From NCBI RefSeq assembly GCF_024521635.1, contig NW_026250410.1, forward strand, positions 186,001 to 250,000: a stretch of DNA of 64,000 nt. The letters run 5' to 3'. Shown piece by piece: positions 1 through 14,422 of this stretch. The position numbers and the translations under genes are program-made. Positions within the stretch are counted from its first letter, which is position 1. Every line of letters starts with the position of its first letter. The DNA comes from Tricharina praecox (lineage: Eukaryota). The notes beneath the pieces were generated by a model, which saw only the letters and a list, made by a program, of their open reading frames with translations, was not told the DNA's origin and ran no database searches.

Positions 1-156
1 GCTCTCCCCCCGGGCTCTCAGCCGCGCACCCTCCCAGCTCCCAGCTCCAGGCTGCAGCACCCCTCCGGGAAGCTCCGGGAAGCTCCGGTCACCCACCGGT
101 GACCATGAGGCTGAGGCTGAACCCTCACGCTCATTATTTTTTGTTTGAATCTTGAT

Positions 157-229
157 GCCGCCCACGCAGCCCTCGCAGCCCTCGCAGCCCACGCAGCCCT
201 CGCAGCCCACGCAGCCCTCGCAGCCCACG
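157..229 (+). repeat. 9-bp tandem repeat (GCAGCCC[A/T]C) x ~8
   Basis: Visible gcagccctc/gcagcccac units. Explains the spurious AAH/AAL and AAW/AAR ORFs. Confidence 0.9.
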
Positions 230-389
230 TTTTTTTCTTCTTTTCGTGTGTGAGCAGCACGCGTCGGAATCCAATCATATCACAGACCGTAGATGTGATC
301 GGAGCCGAAGTAGGGGAAGGATGGTTAGGTGGTGGACTATCTCGGGTACTCCAGGATCGCACATGGTTCTCTGCTGACTCTTTGGTTGC

Positions 390-434
390 GGGATGGATGG
401 ATGGATGGATGGATGGATGGTTGGATGGTTGGAT
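390..434 (+). repeat. (GGAT)n microsatellite
   Basis: ggatggatggat... with two GGTT variants. Confidence 0.9.
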
Positions 435-1090
435 GATGCGCGGCTGCACGGAATGTTTCTCCCTACCTAGAGTAAACTGGATACCTACACTACACTACCT
501 GATATGATACTGTAAACAGCTTCCTGATCTCGGCTTTGCACCTGCACAGTGCTCGCATGAAGCCCAACACACTCAGAATACCGAAGTAGAGTACCTACAT
601 AAAAGGTAAATGGCACCTTACTGTTTGGTCTCGAGTCTCTGCGGACTGGCGGCTGGCCCATCCCATCCTCGACTCCGAGTCCCGAGCGATAAACAATAAA
701 CAAGCTGGGACCACCCTCCATCCATCCACCATGGCACCACCACCACCACCACCAGCAGCAGGCCTCGAAGAGTCAGAGGGGCGCGAATGTGTGGCGCCCC
801 GACAAGTGAACCTCATAGCCGCCGCCCTCAACGCAACTTGCTTATTTTTGCTTGCCTTACCGCTTCAGAGTCCAGCTGGCTTCCACGGTTGCACCCTCCA
901 CGGTTCCACCCTCCACCCGCAACCCTCCATTCCCGTGACGCATCCCTTACCGCGAGCGCGGTGCTCGGTGGGGTACCGGGTGGGCCAACCGGATTCGTTA
1001 GCCGTGGGCGCTCTTCGTCGTCTTCTCCTTCGTCTTTTTATATCTATCTGGCCCGGTCGGGTTATCTACTACCTGGAAGGCGGCAGAAAG

Positions 1091-1094
<4 letters not shown>

Positions 1095-1126
<32 letters not shown>

Positions 1127-1160
1127 AGGAGAGAAAGAAAGAAAGAAAGAAAGAAAGAAG
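1095..1160 (+). repeat. (GAAA)n microsatellite
   Basis: Purine-only gaaagaaagaaa tract. Confidence 0.9.
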
Positions 1161-2278
1161 ATTTTTATAGCCAGGTGGGTGTGCTACTAGGTAGTAGGAA
1201 GTAGTATCATGAGCTCAATTCTGGGGACTTTCTTCTTCTTCTTCTTCTTCTTCCTCCCCATTCGTGACTGACTGACTGACTGACTGACCGCACTTCCATT
1301 TCCTTAGCCCTTCCTTCTACTTGCTCCATCACTCTGCAAGGTACTCCACATCCGCGTTTTTCTCATCGTTGCGCCGATAGATTAATTGCCATTCTTCGCG
1401 TTCTGCACGTCTACATAACTATCATACCTATCTGGTTACCGTATCGTTACTGTCTATATACTGCCCAGCATCCCGTGCGCCTGCCTGCCTGCCGTGCCTC
1501 ACTCTCACTTCTACTCGCGATCCGGACGCCTCGAGTCTGCTTGCTTGCCTGTGCTTGCTTCTTGCTGGGAGTATCCATCTCACTAACTCCCACTAACCCC
1601 TCATCTCATCGCTCCATCTTCGATTCCACACTCACCGCCGCCGCACGGCAGAAGGGATTCTCGCTTCCTTTCATTCCTCCTTCCCCATGTTAGCATCGCC
1701 CCGTTGAAAAAGGTCCCTTACGCAACCCCCCCCCCCCCCCCCCCCCCCACCACCCCATCCCATAAACAACAATAACTACCTCCCTCCACCAACAACAACA
1801 ACAACAACAACACTCCATTCTTCCTCCTACTCCTTGTGCGCCGAAGACTTTCCAAGACCCAATCCAATCCACAATCGCCAGTCATCATCTCGAGAGTCAC
1901 CAACCAACTCGCGAGCCACCAGCCTTTATCCCCCATCATTTGCCACTCCCCCAAAGCTTGAAACCCACACCCCCCCCGTCCCCCACCCACTCGTACATAG
2001 TTCGACCTGGGCCGCATCTCTTCCGGCCAAATTGTTTAGGGACAACCCCCCCAGACACGGGCTACATCATACATACACCACCCACCACACATCTTGCAGA
2101 ACCTGTCTGCACATACCGCGATCGCTTGTATCTAACCCCCTCCCCCAACCAAACCCAAACCCAACCCCCCGCCGCCGTCGCCGCCCCCGCCACCGTCGCC
2201 GCTGCTGCTGCCCACACATCACGTACCCCGCCCCCCCCTCTCTGCCCCTCCCCCCCTCCCCCCCGCCCAAGCGCAAAT

Positions 2279-4689
2279 ATGATGAAGGTGTGTGTGTCTG
2301 TCTTTTGCCCCTCAGCTACCTATCTATCTACTGGTGGACTGGTCTCGACTGGTCAGGTCATCGTCGCAGCCGCTGCTGCTGCTCCCCCGCCGGGGAAATC
2401 GCGATGCCTTGCATAGCGTGCCTAGTGCTAATTCGAGAGGGGGCTCGTTCGCAGAATATTCGGCGCTCCATCAAGGGCGAGAGGAGCGACCACTTCCACG
2501 GCCCAAAGCTCTCGCACATCTCAATAACCCCGAAGTCCGCCCTGACAATCAATCCGCCAAAGAAGGTACGTCGATCTTCATCATTCTTCTTCTTCTTTGT
2601 CTGTCTGTCTCCTACATACTCCTTCCTCACTCCCCGTCCCCTGTGCATCCCCCGGCGTACATACTCACGCGTATGTGTGTGATCGCTGTTGGCGTTGGCG
2701 GTGTTTCGTTCGGCTCGCTGTTGGAGCCAGCCAGAGCCAACCCGTTGGAAGAAAAGAAAAAGGCGCAATCTGCAATCACCTTTTCTTGGGCGGCGGCAAA
2801 AAAAAAGAAGAAGAAAGACGGAAGAAGAAGAAGGGGCGAGGGCGAGAGGGGCAGGGGCTGAAAAGTAATTTCGATTAGGTTATAAAAGCTATTGAGAGCT
2901 ATCAGCCAGCGAGCGACCAAGAACTCGGCTTCGAAAAGGGGGATTTCTTCCACGTTATCGGCAACGAGAACGACCCAGACTGGTGGGAAGCCTGCAATCC
3001 GGCCACGCACGCCCGCGGTTTCGTCCCTGTGCCTTACTTCCAGGTGATGGGAAAGAACGAACGCGACAGTCAGGACTCTTCTCTCGCGAACTTTGATCGA
3101 CACCATCAGACCGACAAGGACTCGGGCTATTCGGACCGCAGCATAATGCAAGATCGCATGTCGACGCGAGCGGCATCGGGAAGTGGGATGGGAGCGATGG
3201 CAGGGGGGGGGGGCGGAGGGGGCGGGGGCGGCGGACGCGCGGCGGGGAATCCGCTGTACGGAGTCGTGTTGTACGATTTCAACGCGGAGCGACCCGACGA
3301 ACTCGAGGCGAAGACGGGAGAGGACATCATCGTGATCGCGCAGTCCAACGACGAGTGGTTCGTGGCGAAGCCGATAGGCCGACTCGGGGGTCCCGGGCTG
3401 ATCCCGGTGGATTTCGTCGAAATCCGCGACATGGCTACGGGTGCGCCGGTCGAGGATAAGCGCGCGGCGATCGCACGTGCGGGCGTGCCGAAGGTCGAGG
3501 AGTGGAAGAAGATGGCGGCCGAGTACAAGAATAGCAGCATCGCGTTGGGGCAGTTTGAGTTTGAGGACGGCACACCGAAGCCGCAAGCTCCAGCCGCGAA
3601 CGAGCAAGGGAACTATCGGAACGTAAGTGCAATCGCGGGGTTTACCTCTTTTTCTCACATTACGCGTCGGTCGGGGTCACTGACGAGAATGTATCGCAGA
3701 CACTACAACCCGCACAGACCAACGGAGGTGGAGGGGCAGCGGCAGCGGGGACAGGCTACGAGGGCCAACGGCTATCGAGGGGGTCCACGCAGGGGCTTCT
3801 GATGGCACCGATGAGTGCATCCGTCGATGACTACAACTTCGAAAGCAGCCGGTACTGGTATGTGGTGAACGCCGTGATGGAAGATGGACGGACGTGGAGT
3901 CTGTGCCGGTTCTACGAGGATTTCTACGACTTCCAGATCGCGCTGCTGGACGAGTTCAAGGAAGAGGCAGGCCACACAGGATTACCTCGTAAGCTGCCTT
4001 ACATGCCCGGTCCGGTAACATACGTTACGGATACCATCTCGGCGGCCCGACGACAGAGCTTGGACGAGTACATCAAGAAGCTTCTCAGCATGCCATCATA
4101 CATATCCAAGTGCCGGTTGGTGAAGCTGTTGTTTGCACCGCGGCCCGGCGATGTAGAAACCACCCACTACCGGGGATCTCAGCAACTGGCGGCGCACGAT
4201 AACCGACGATCGACCGCATCGCAGCAATCGAGTGACTCTTCGCGGGAACCGTCGCGGCAATCGTCGATCCAGAACCTGAACGGCGGCGGAGGAAACGGCT
4301 ACCCGGGACTCTCGGCACCCCCACCACGGATGTCGGGACAGATGAGAAACAACGGCATCGCGCAAGCACAGCAGGTGCACATCCGATCTGCGTCAGACCT
4401 GCAGCCGCCTAGAATGCTGCGGCAGGAGTCCAGCATGAGTTCCACGGGGTCCGGCCAGTTCCTCAAGATTAAGATAGAATACCATGACGAGATGATCGCC
4501 GTCCGGTTGCCTAGAGACGTGAGCTTCGCGCAGCTCCAGGACAAGCTGCAGGAGCGCCTCGGCCAGGTCGACCTGAACAACATACAGTACAAGGACGAGG
4601 CGTCCGGACAGGTCATGGACATGTACGGCGACATCGACCTCAATACCGCCATCAGCCGCAACCCGAAATTGAAGCTGTTTGTCAACTAG
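2279..4689 (+). CDS. BEM1: Polarity scaffold Bem1/Scd2 (SH3-SH3-PX-PB1); exons 2279-2287, 2455-2565, 2879-3622, 3700-4689
   Basis: Spliced N-terminus MMK-NIRRSIKGE...ISITPKSA...PPKK-VIKAIESY. SH3 motifs ELGFEKGDFFHV/WWEACNP/GFVPVPYF and LYDFNAERPDEL/EWFVAKPIGRLGGPGLIPVDFV. PX motif LCRFYEDFYDFQIALL...LPYMPGP. PB1 motif LKIKIEY...IQYKDE. GT-AG introns keep the frame to TAG at 4689. Confidence 0.95.
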
Positions 4690-5016
4690 GTGTGGACGAT
4701 GCCGCCAGAGATCTGGCTGGCTGCCTGTCTGTTCTTTCTGTCTGTACGGAGTTGGTGGTGTCGGTCTGTCTGTCTGTCTGTCGGTTAGGGGTTCTTTGTT
4801 GTGTTGCGGTGCCGGGTGGACGGTGGTGGGGGTTTTGACTTGACGCGACGCCCGAGCCGGGCCGAGCCACTGGATGTATTTGACGAACGAGATACGATGA
4901 TGTAAGTGAGTAGGTGGTGGATTTCTTTTGGTGCCTTTTTTCTTTTTTCTCTTTTTTTCTCTTTTCTCTTTTCCTTTGGGGTGTTTTGTGATTTCGGCGA
5001 CACGAAGCTGCGGGTT

Positions 5017-5074
5017 GTGGTGGTGATGGAGGTGGTGGTGGTGATGGTGGTGGTGGTGGTGGTGGTGGTGGTGA
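5017..5074 (+). repeat. (GTG)n microsatellite
   Basis: gtggtggtg tract downstream of BEM1. Confidence 0.9.
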
Positions 5075-5675
5075 TCGTGACGGCGGCAATGGCGGCGGCG
5101 ATGTAGGTGGAGATATGTTTGCAATAGGTAGCATCACATGGAATGATCGGATCTGTGTCTTTGAGTCGAGTCAAGGCAAAAGGGTGGTTTGCGGGGCTGC
5201 TGCTTCGAGGGTCTGTCTGTTTTTCATTTCATTTCTAGGTACACTCTACTTTCTACTTTACTTTACTTTACATACCCGGGGGTTTTCTTCTCTTCTTTCA
5301 ATTCATTTTCAGTTTCCTCATCGAAGTATTTTAGGAGCAGGTTTTTTCTTCTTCTTGAAGCTTTCTGCTGAATCTTTGGATTCTTGAATCATTCTGCTTC
5401 GAATCTTTCTGCCGAATCTTTCTGCTTTGAAGTTCGTCCGTCCGTCCTCGCGAGCCGTCGGTGTAAGTTGTTTTGTTTCTTCTCGAGTAGGAGGTAGCTG
5501 TGATATCTATATGATATCTATATTCCCCGTGTGCTATGCTATGTGTATCTTCTTTTCATCTGCTCTGAGAATACATGTAGGTACTTGGTATGGAGAGTAT
5601 GCAGAGTATGTATTGTATGTATTGTACTTGGTACTCCTTCTTCTGTTCGTTCTTCATGGGCTTATCAAATACTTT

Positions 5676-6485
5676 ACATACCCAGTGCATGCTGCGTCGT
5701 TTCGAAGCTCTGTAACTATCATATGATAGGTATGGTACTCCTCCTCCACTCGCTCACTCTGTCGGGGTGGTGGCGGCTGTTTGGTGGTGATATCGCTTCT
5801 TCACTTCTTCGCTTCTTCACTTCTTTACTTCTTTGCGGTGAGTGAGATGGTGAGTGAGATGGTGAATGAGTGAGTGAGAATAGTGAGCGAGGTTCGGAGT
5901 TATTTCTCCAGAGATCAGTGGAGAGTGGGCGCTGTGTGGGTGGTATTTACTTCTCCTCCATTCGCTCACTCTGTCGGGGACTCGGGGCAGTGGCTGTTTG
6001 TTGACGATGATGAGCTTCTTGAAGGACCTTGCACTCGCACAAGTGGTACCTACGGTAGACCGTTTTGGTTGAAGGTTTTGTACGAGATTGGGGTCTTTCT
6101 ACGAGATATCTACCAGTGAGTGATCGAGGTTCGAAGATATTTCGCAAGGGATCAGTGGACGCTGTGTGTACTGTGGGTGGTAGTCACAAAGTAGATACAT
6201 CCCAGTGCATGCTGCGTCGATTCGAAGGTCTGTAACTATGATAGTAGCTACTCCATTCGCTCACTCTAGAGGGGCAGTGGTTGTTTGATGATGCTTCCCT
6301 TGCGCTCACTTGAGTGGTAGAGTACATAGACAATTTTGGCTGAAATCTTTTGTGCTCTGATTGGGGTTTTGCTACGAGTTGGTGAATGAGTGAGTGGGAT
6401 GGTGAGTGGAATGCTGAGTGAGCGAGGTTCCGAGGTATTTCGCACGAGATCAGTGGACGCTGTGTGGGTGGTAGTTACAAAGTAC
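5676..6485. repeat. Degenerate local tandem triplication (~250-300 bp units)
   Basis: ctccaYtcgctcactct at ~5744, ~5956 and ~6251. gatcagtgga...gctgtgtg at ~5913, ~6150 and ~6448. cccagtgcatgctgcgtcg at 5681 and 6201. Confidence 0.8.
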
Positions 6486-7056
6486 CCATCTATGCACGGA
6501 GGTGATTGGTCCGAGTGAGGGGAGTGAGGGGAGTGAGGGGAGTGTGCAATCGTAGTTAATTAGACCCTACAGGTTCCATTGATAACAAGTTATGTAATCG
6601 AAGTCACATAGGAATAGAACAGTTCGATTTCGATTTGAATAAACTGTACTCTGAATAGCTTTCTTCTTGTTGCGAAGAATTTCTCACTGGTTGTCATGGA
6701 GGTACGGTGCGAGGTTCTCGGTTTTCGTTGTGAGTTGCGAGGTGTTCCTTACATAACCCACGCCCACAGTAGAAAGTTCCCAACAGCAACCACCACTGCC
6801 CGGGTCGCTTCTTTCCTCCTACATACAACCCCCCACACCCACACACATCCACACAACTCAACACAACTCAACACCTCCACCTCTTCTTTCCCCAACCCAG
6901 CACTGCACAAAGCAAAGCAATAACCACAACTAACCCAGCCAACAGCCAACAACCAACAGCTACACAACTACACTGCACAACTATTATTCACCACCCAACT
7001 TAACTTCACGGCATCCGCTATAGATATATACATCATCAACGCCAACAACCAACGCC

Positions 7057-8926
7057 ATGACTGCACCACCTCCCTGGAGAACCGGGGGTAGGTTCCAGCA
7101 GCCAGCTGTTTCTCGTCCGCACGTTTCAGGCTCCTCGCTAATGCTCGAGACCGACCATAGGTAGCAACGGATCTTTCACCTCGGTCGACGCCCGCCGCAC
7201 ATTCGGCGGCTCGAAGCAGGCCGGCAGCTACACAATGGTAAGCTTTTACTTTTGCGCTCGCCGGCTTTCCATTCCGTCCTTTTTTTTTTCTCTTTCTTTC
7301 GCCGGCCGCTAACGTTTATTTTTCTCAGGCTTCCTCCACCGCCGCCGCCCCAACCTCACCCCCTTCTCACGGCAACCGCACGACGTTTCCGGAGTCTTTG
7401 AAGCAGTATGTGGCGCGCACGTTCGAGGACGTGTCGCTGGCGGAAAAGAAGGATGTCGAGGCCGAGCTCAAGCGCATCATTACCGATGCGTTCAACGAGA
7501 AGGTGGTGTGGACCGTGAATTGGGACGACATGCCGCTGCCGCAGGTCGTTATGGCGAAGCGCAGGGCCCAGCAGTCAAAGGTCACGGGCACGGGCGCAAC
7601 GATGGATACGACGGCTGCGACAACGGCTGTGAACACCGCTGTCGCCACCAATAGGCTCGGCAAGTTCAGCATCAGTGATAAGAAACGGAAAAAGTAGGTC
7701 GAGTCGAGTCTTGCCCCTTTTTGATCGCGAATGATAGCGACAACGGGTGCTGACGTTTTCGAAAGCAACAGCAGCGAGGATGGCAGCACACCCGCGAAAC
7801 ACTCCAACAGAGGGGAGAAGCGTGCTCGCCAGCAGGATTCATATACGTCGTCGTCGACGGACAAGCTAAGTCAACGTGAAAAGGAGAAGCGCGCGAAGCG
7901 ATTTGGCGGGTCCTCCCCCCAGCCCGTCTCTCCGCCAAGTCGGAATACGTCAGCTATGGATATCGATGGTGATCAACCGCTCGTCGGACGGTGTATGAGC
8001 CTCGAGAAACAGTACTTCCGGCTGACTTCCGCGCCGGATCCCGCTAATGTTCGGCCTCTCCACATCCTTGAAAAGACTCTGGAACTACTAAAGAAGAAAT
8101 GGCGAGACGAACAAAACTACTCGTACATCTGCGACCAGTTCAAGTCGCTGCGACAAGACCTAACAGTACAGCATATCAAGACCGATTTTACAGTGACTGT
8201 TTACGAGATCCATGCCAGGATAGCTCTGGAAAAGGTGAGTGATGCTGATTGTTCTGTCCACGTCGGATCGTGGAGCTGACTTGCCGCGTGCAGTGTGATC
8301 TGGGTGAGTACAATCAATGCCAGTCCCAGCTGGCCACGCTCTACTCGGAGGGCTTTTCGGGACACGAAGAAGAGTTCAAGGCGTATCGTATCCTCTACCT
8401 TCTACACACATGCAACCGTGCCGACATGAACGAGGTGCTGGCAATCCTAACCCCTACAGACAAACAACATCCGTCAATCAAGCACGCCTTGGAGGTCCGA
8501 TCAGCGCTCGCCGCGGGAAATTTCCACAGGTTCTACAGACTCTACTTGGACGCCCCAAGCATGGGCGGTTACTTGATGGATTCCTTCGTGGCCCGCGAAC
8601 GGATGGCGGCGCTTGCGTGCATTTGCAAAGCGTGAGTCATGCTTGCTTGGTCCGTGGGCGAGAGGATGTGTGCTGATGATGCTATCCTATACAGTTACCG
8701 TCCGGACATTGATATTAGATTTCTGACCGAAGAGCTTGGATTCGAAAGCGACACAGAGTGCGTCCAGTTCCTCTGCGACCATGGAACTTCCGATCTTATA
8801 GAACAGAAGTCGGGAGACAAGGGGGTCCCCACGTCCATTCGGTTCCAGACTACGAAGGCGTACCCCATCTTCGAGGAGGCCAAGAAGCGCGCTTTCAAGA
8901 AGGTCGACATTAAGGGACAGATGTAG
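7057..8926 (+). CDS. THP3: THP3/LENG8-like SAC3/GANP-PCI domain protein (6 exons)
   Basis: Exons approx. 7057-7087, 7161-7237, 7329-7693, 7766-8234, 8294-8631, 8695-8926. Motifs LEKQYFRLTSAPDPANVRPL, YICDQFKSLRQDLTVQHI, VYEIHARIALEK, DLGEYNQCQSQL, EFKAYRILY. Ends KVDIKGQM*. Confidence 0.9.
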
Positions 8927-9908
8927 TCGCAACGAAGAAGGAAGGCGCACCGCAAGTTACCTACCCGCCCGCGTGCACAGAGAGAACCGTCATCGTCATC
9001 ATCATATACCTACCGCATTTTTTCAGTTTCTTCGTTCTTCTTCGGCCTTTTTCGGCTACATTTTTACGTCTTTCGTTTTTCCAGTTGTTTCTTTGCAACT
9101 TCCATCATCGTCATCGTCGTCTACTACTACTACTTCTTGCTCGGTGATCAACACTACTACTATATATCGGAGTCCGGAGTTGCGTTTTCGTTTTCGTTTT
9201 CGTTTTTTCATCTTCCCCCCCGCTAGCCACAACCGATAGCCCCCCCCCTCCAAATCAAACCAACTCTTGCCAGAAGCGAGATACATACATACAAAAGTTG
9301 CTCTACTAACTGCACGTCTTTTTTCTTCTTCTTTTTCGGTCTTCGCCATACCTACTACCCCCATCCATCCATCCATTAGCTACAGTCCACAGTACAGTAC
9401 CATCCCCGCGAGCAGCGATTTCACCGGATGGATGGGATGGGTCTTCCGTCCTGGCCCTTCGGGGTTCTCGGAATCGTTTTCTTCCTACATACACGTTTCC
9501 CCTTCTGAGCTACCTATATCACTCACGCCTTTATATCCTTCTTCCTTTCGCTCGTTTTTCGCTACGACGATTGACTCCGGCAAGAACAAAAAGACGGATA
9601 CCGTACATAGGGCAGCTTGGCTGGGTGCGTTGGGAAGGGTGAGGCTCGGGAGGGGCTTAATCATGTACATTTGTTCGTCTGTTTCTGTTTCTACGGAGTT
9701 TTCTGTGGAGTTTTTTGCTCGCTGGTTTTCGTCTGGTTGGAGGAGGAGGATCGTGGAGGAGGGAAAGAGGAGGAGGATCATGAAGAATCATGGAGGGCCA
9801 TGGAGGAGGAGGAGGATCATGGATGGACCATGCGGATAGGACACGATACGATACGATAGGCGGGGGATTTGCTGTTACCAGTTCAGTTTTCACTTCAGTT
9901 TCACGTCA

Positions 9909-9970
9909 GGTTTGGTTTGATGGTTTGGTTTGGTTTGGTTTGGTTTGGTTTGGTCTGGTTTGGTCTGGTT
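9909..9970 (+). repeat. (GGTTT)n pentanucleotide repeat
   Basis: ggtttggtttggttt with ggtct variants. Confidence 0.9.
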
Positions 9971-10107
9971 CAGTTCAATTTTTGGCCTTTAGTTACCGTT
10001 ACCACAGCGTACTTCTTCTTCTTCTTTCCATCTGTGTACGTACTTCTTGTCGTAAATACATCTTTTTCATCCACTTCATCCACCCCCCATTTCTCAGTGC
10101 CCCCCAA

Positions 10108-10472
10108 TTACTCCGTACGGTCGACACGGTCGACAACCCGCACTTTAGGAACCAACCCGCTGATCTGCGCCTTCTCCTGCTCACTGGGCGTGAAGCCCAG
10201 CTTCTCCTCGGCAAAGTCGCTGACGTACAACCCCACCGTCGCGTAAACGACCACTGCGCCGCCCAGGATTGCGCGCGTGCGCGGGGGGAGGGAGCGGTAG
10301 AAGCTACATGGCTTATGTATCAGTGGCTAGGGTGAAGAGAAGAGGGGCTGGGTGAGAGGGGGGGGATGGGGAGAGGCGTGGGGGGACAGGCGGGGGGGCC
10401 AAGGAGGGAGGGACTGGCGGAGATGGGGGGATGGGGGGATGGGGGGAGGGGGGGGTACTTGATGAGTGACAT
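10108..10472 (-). CDS. Small (69 aa) single-TM fungal protein of unknown function; exons 10472-10459 and 10303-10108
   Basis: Spliced: MSLINFYRSLPPRTRAILGGAVVVYATVGLYVSDFAEEKLGFTPSEQEKAQISGLVPKVRVVDRVDRTE*. GTAC donor, CTGAT branch, TAG acceptor. The 210-nt CDS is in frame and has GC3-rich codons. Not in the ORF track. Confidence 0.8.
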
Positions 10473-11008
10473 TCTTGATGCTGAGTGCTTTGGTAGACGG
10501 GGCGGGGGTAGTGGTTGGACTGTGGTGGGGGGGAGGTTTATATCCAGTGCATGTGCCAAGGATTTATGGATGCTCGATGGATGCTCGACTCTCGCAGTTT
10601 AATGATGGGCGATGATCATACAAAAGCAGAGGGGAGAAGACTATTTTCCTTTTCCTTTTCCTTGTGGAAAATCGCATCTTTTTTGTAATGTACAAATTAC
10701 CACCCTCCATCCATCCGCTCTGAAAAAAGAAAAAATCTCGAAACATCCGTAAAAAAAAAGACAACCCGTAAGAAAAGGAACACAACACCCAAAGCAAACT
10801 CCGCATGAAAAGGAGATCATATCCTACACATCCACCCACCGAGCAAACCCCCCGTCTGCGCGCACCCTAGTAGAGAAGAGAGGAAGAAAAGAAAGAGAAA
10901 ATACACAATAAACGAAACAAAGTAGGAGACATCGCTTTTTAACAACCAACCCCTCCTGCACAAGTTTCATTCATTACATTTCAGATCAAAAAAGAGTTGT
11001 TTGTTGGT

Positions 11009-13146
<2,138 letters not shown>

Positions 13147-14422
13147 TATGTGTATGTGGTGGGCTTTCGAGTATAAAAACCGCTAGGTGGGGGTGGGGTC
13201 AAAAGGTACTGTACAAACAGGAAATGAAAGTGGGAGAGCACGAAATGACTTCGTTTGTAAAGGTGATGGGTGGGAGAAACCCTGGAGCGAATTGAGGCGG
13301 GGTGGTATGAGAGATGGATTGAAGAGCGGGAGCAGACAAGTCTGTGGGAGCTTAAGAAGAAGAGGAAGAGAAAGCGGCGTTCCGATCACGAAAGAAAAAT
13401 TTACTCTACGAAAGCCAAGCCAAGGGCAGGCCGGACTAAAGCCGAGCATTTGGTGAGAGTCTGCTGCGATCGGGGCTAGTCTTCCGCAGAACCGCCTGGA
13501 AGATGCGATGCCAGAACAGCCAGACAAGTGGTGTAAAAACCGGGACGCGGAGTGGCCATGCAAAGGCAGACGGCATGTGAAGGCCGATTGACCGACCAGT
13601 TGGTTCAGCCGAAACATTCCAGCAGTTTCTGCGCCGGGGGTGGCGTTCTGTGGCGAGTGAGAAGTGGCTGGTGACACTCTGATCACATGATGTGGCTTGT
13701 AGCTTTGTCCTGTGGGCGGTATGTAGGTGATGCGTGACTATGGCGTACGTACTCTCCACACTCCGTGCCGCAAGCCTCCTGCAAGTCAGTCCCACGCCAC
13801 GGCCCCGCGGCAAATCCTCTATTCGTTCGGTCAAGAAAGGGCTTGGTGTTTTGGTAGTTAGAATTGGCTGGTCAGTCGTGATGAGTTGGTCACGACTTCG
13901 GAGAGTGGAGGGAAGAGGAAACGGAGGGAAAGTGAAAGTTGAGGGAAAGAGAAAGTTGAGGAAAAGAGAAAGTAAGAGCTTGCAGAAGACGAGTCTGCTG
14001 TTTATTTCTGTGTTCAGCTTGGTTGGCTGCTGCTTCTCTCTCTCCTCCCCATCTCCGGACGAAAAGCAGGTTCGACAACACCATACCGCAAACCACCTCA
14101 CACACCTTACGCACATTACACACATATCCACGGCAAACCACCTCCACCACCATCACCACCACCCACCTGCACTGCCAGCACCTCCACGACACCCTCAAAC
14201 TCCGCACAGCTCTTCCACGCACCATATCCTCTCGCGAGACTTGTCATCCGATCACTCTGTGCCTACCACGCCTTCATACCTCAGCTACAACTCACCAACG
14301 CACCTATCGTCCAAGATTGATTGCTACTGGGCGCTCGAAATACTCGCAAAACTCAACGCCTGCCGTTGCTCCTGTCGATTTTACTCCCAGTCTGCTCGCC
14401 TGTCGGTGGTACACTAGACAAA

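Noticed and set aside
18..2270. Multiple 60-280 aa ORFs upstream of BEM1
   Set aside because: Built from microsatellites and C-rich leader sequence, with no domains.
13480..13632. Heat-shock-element-like GAA/TTC arrays upstream of SSC1
   Set aside because: Spacing does not give three properly phased nGAAn units.
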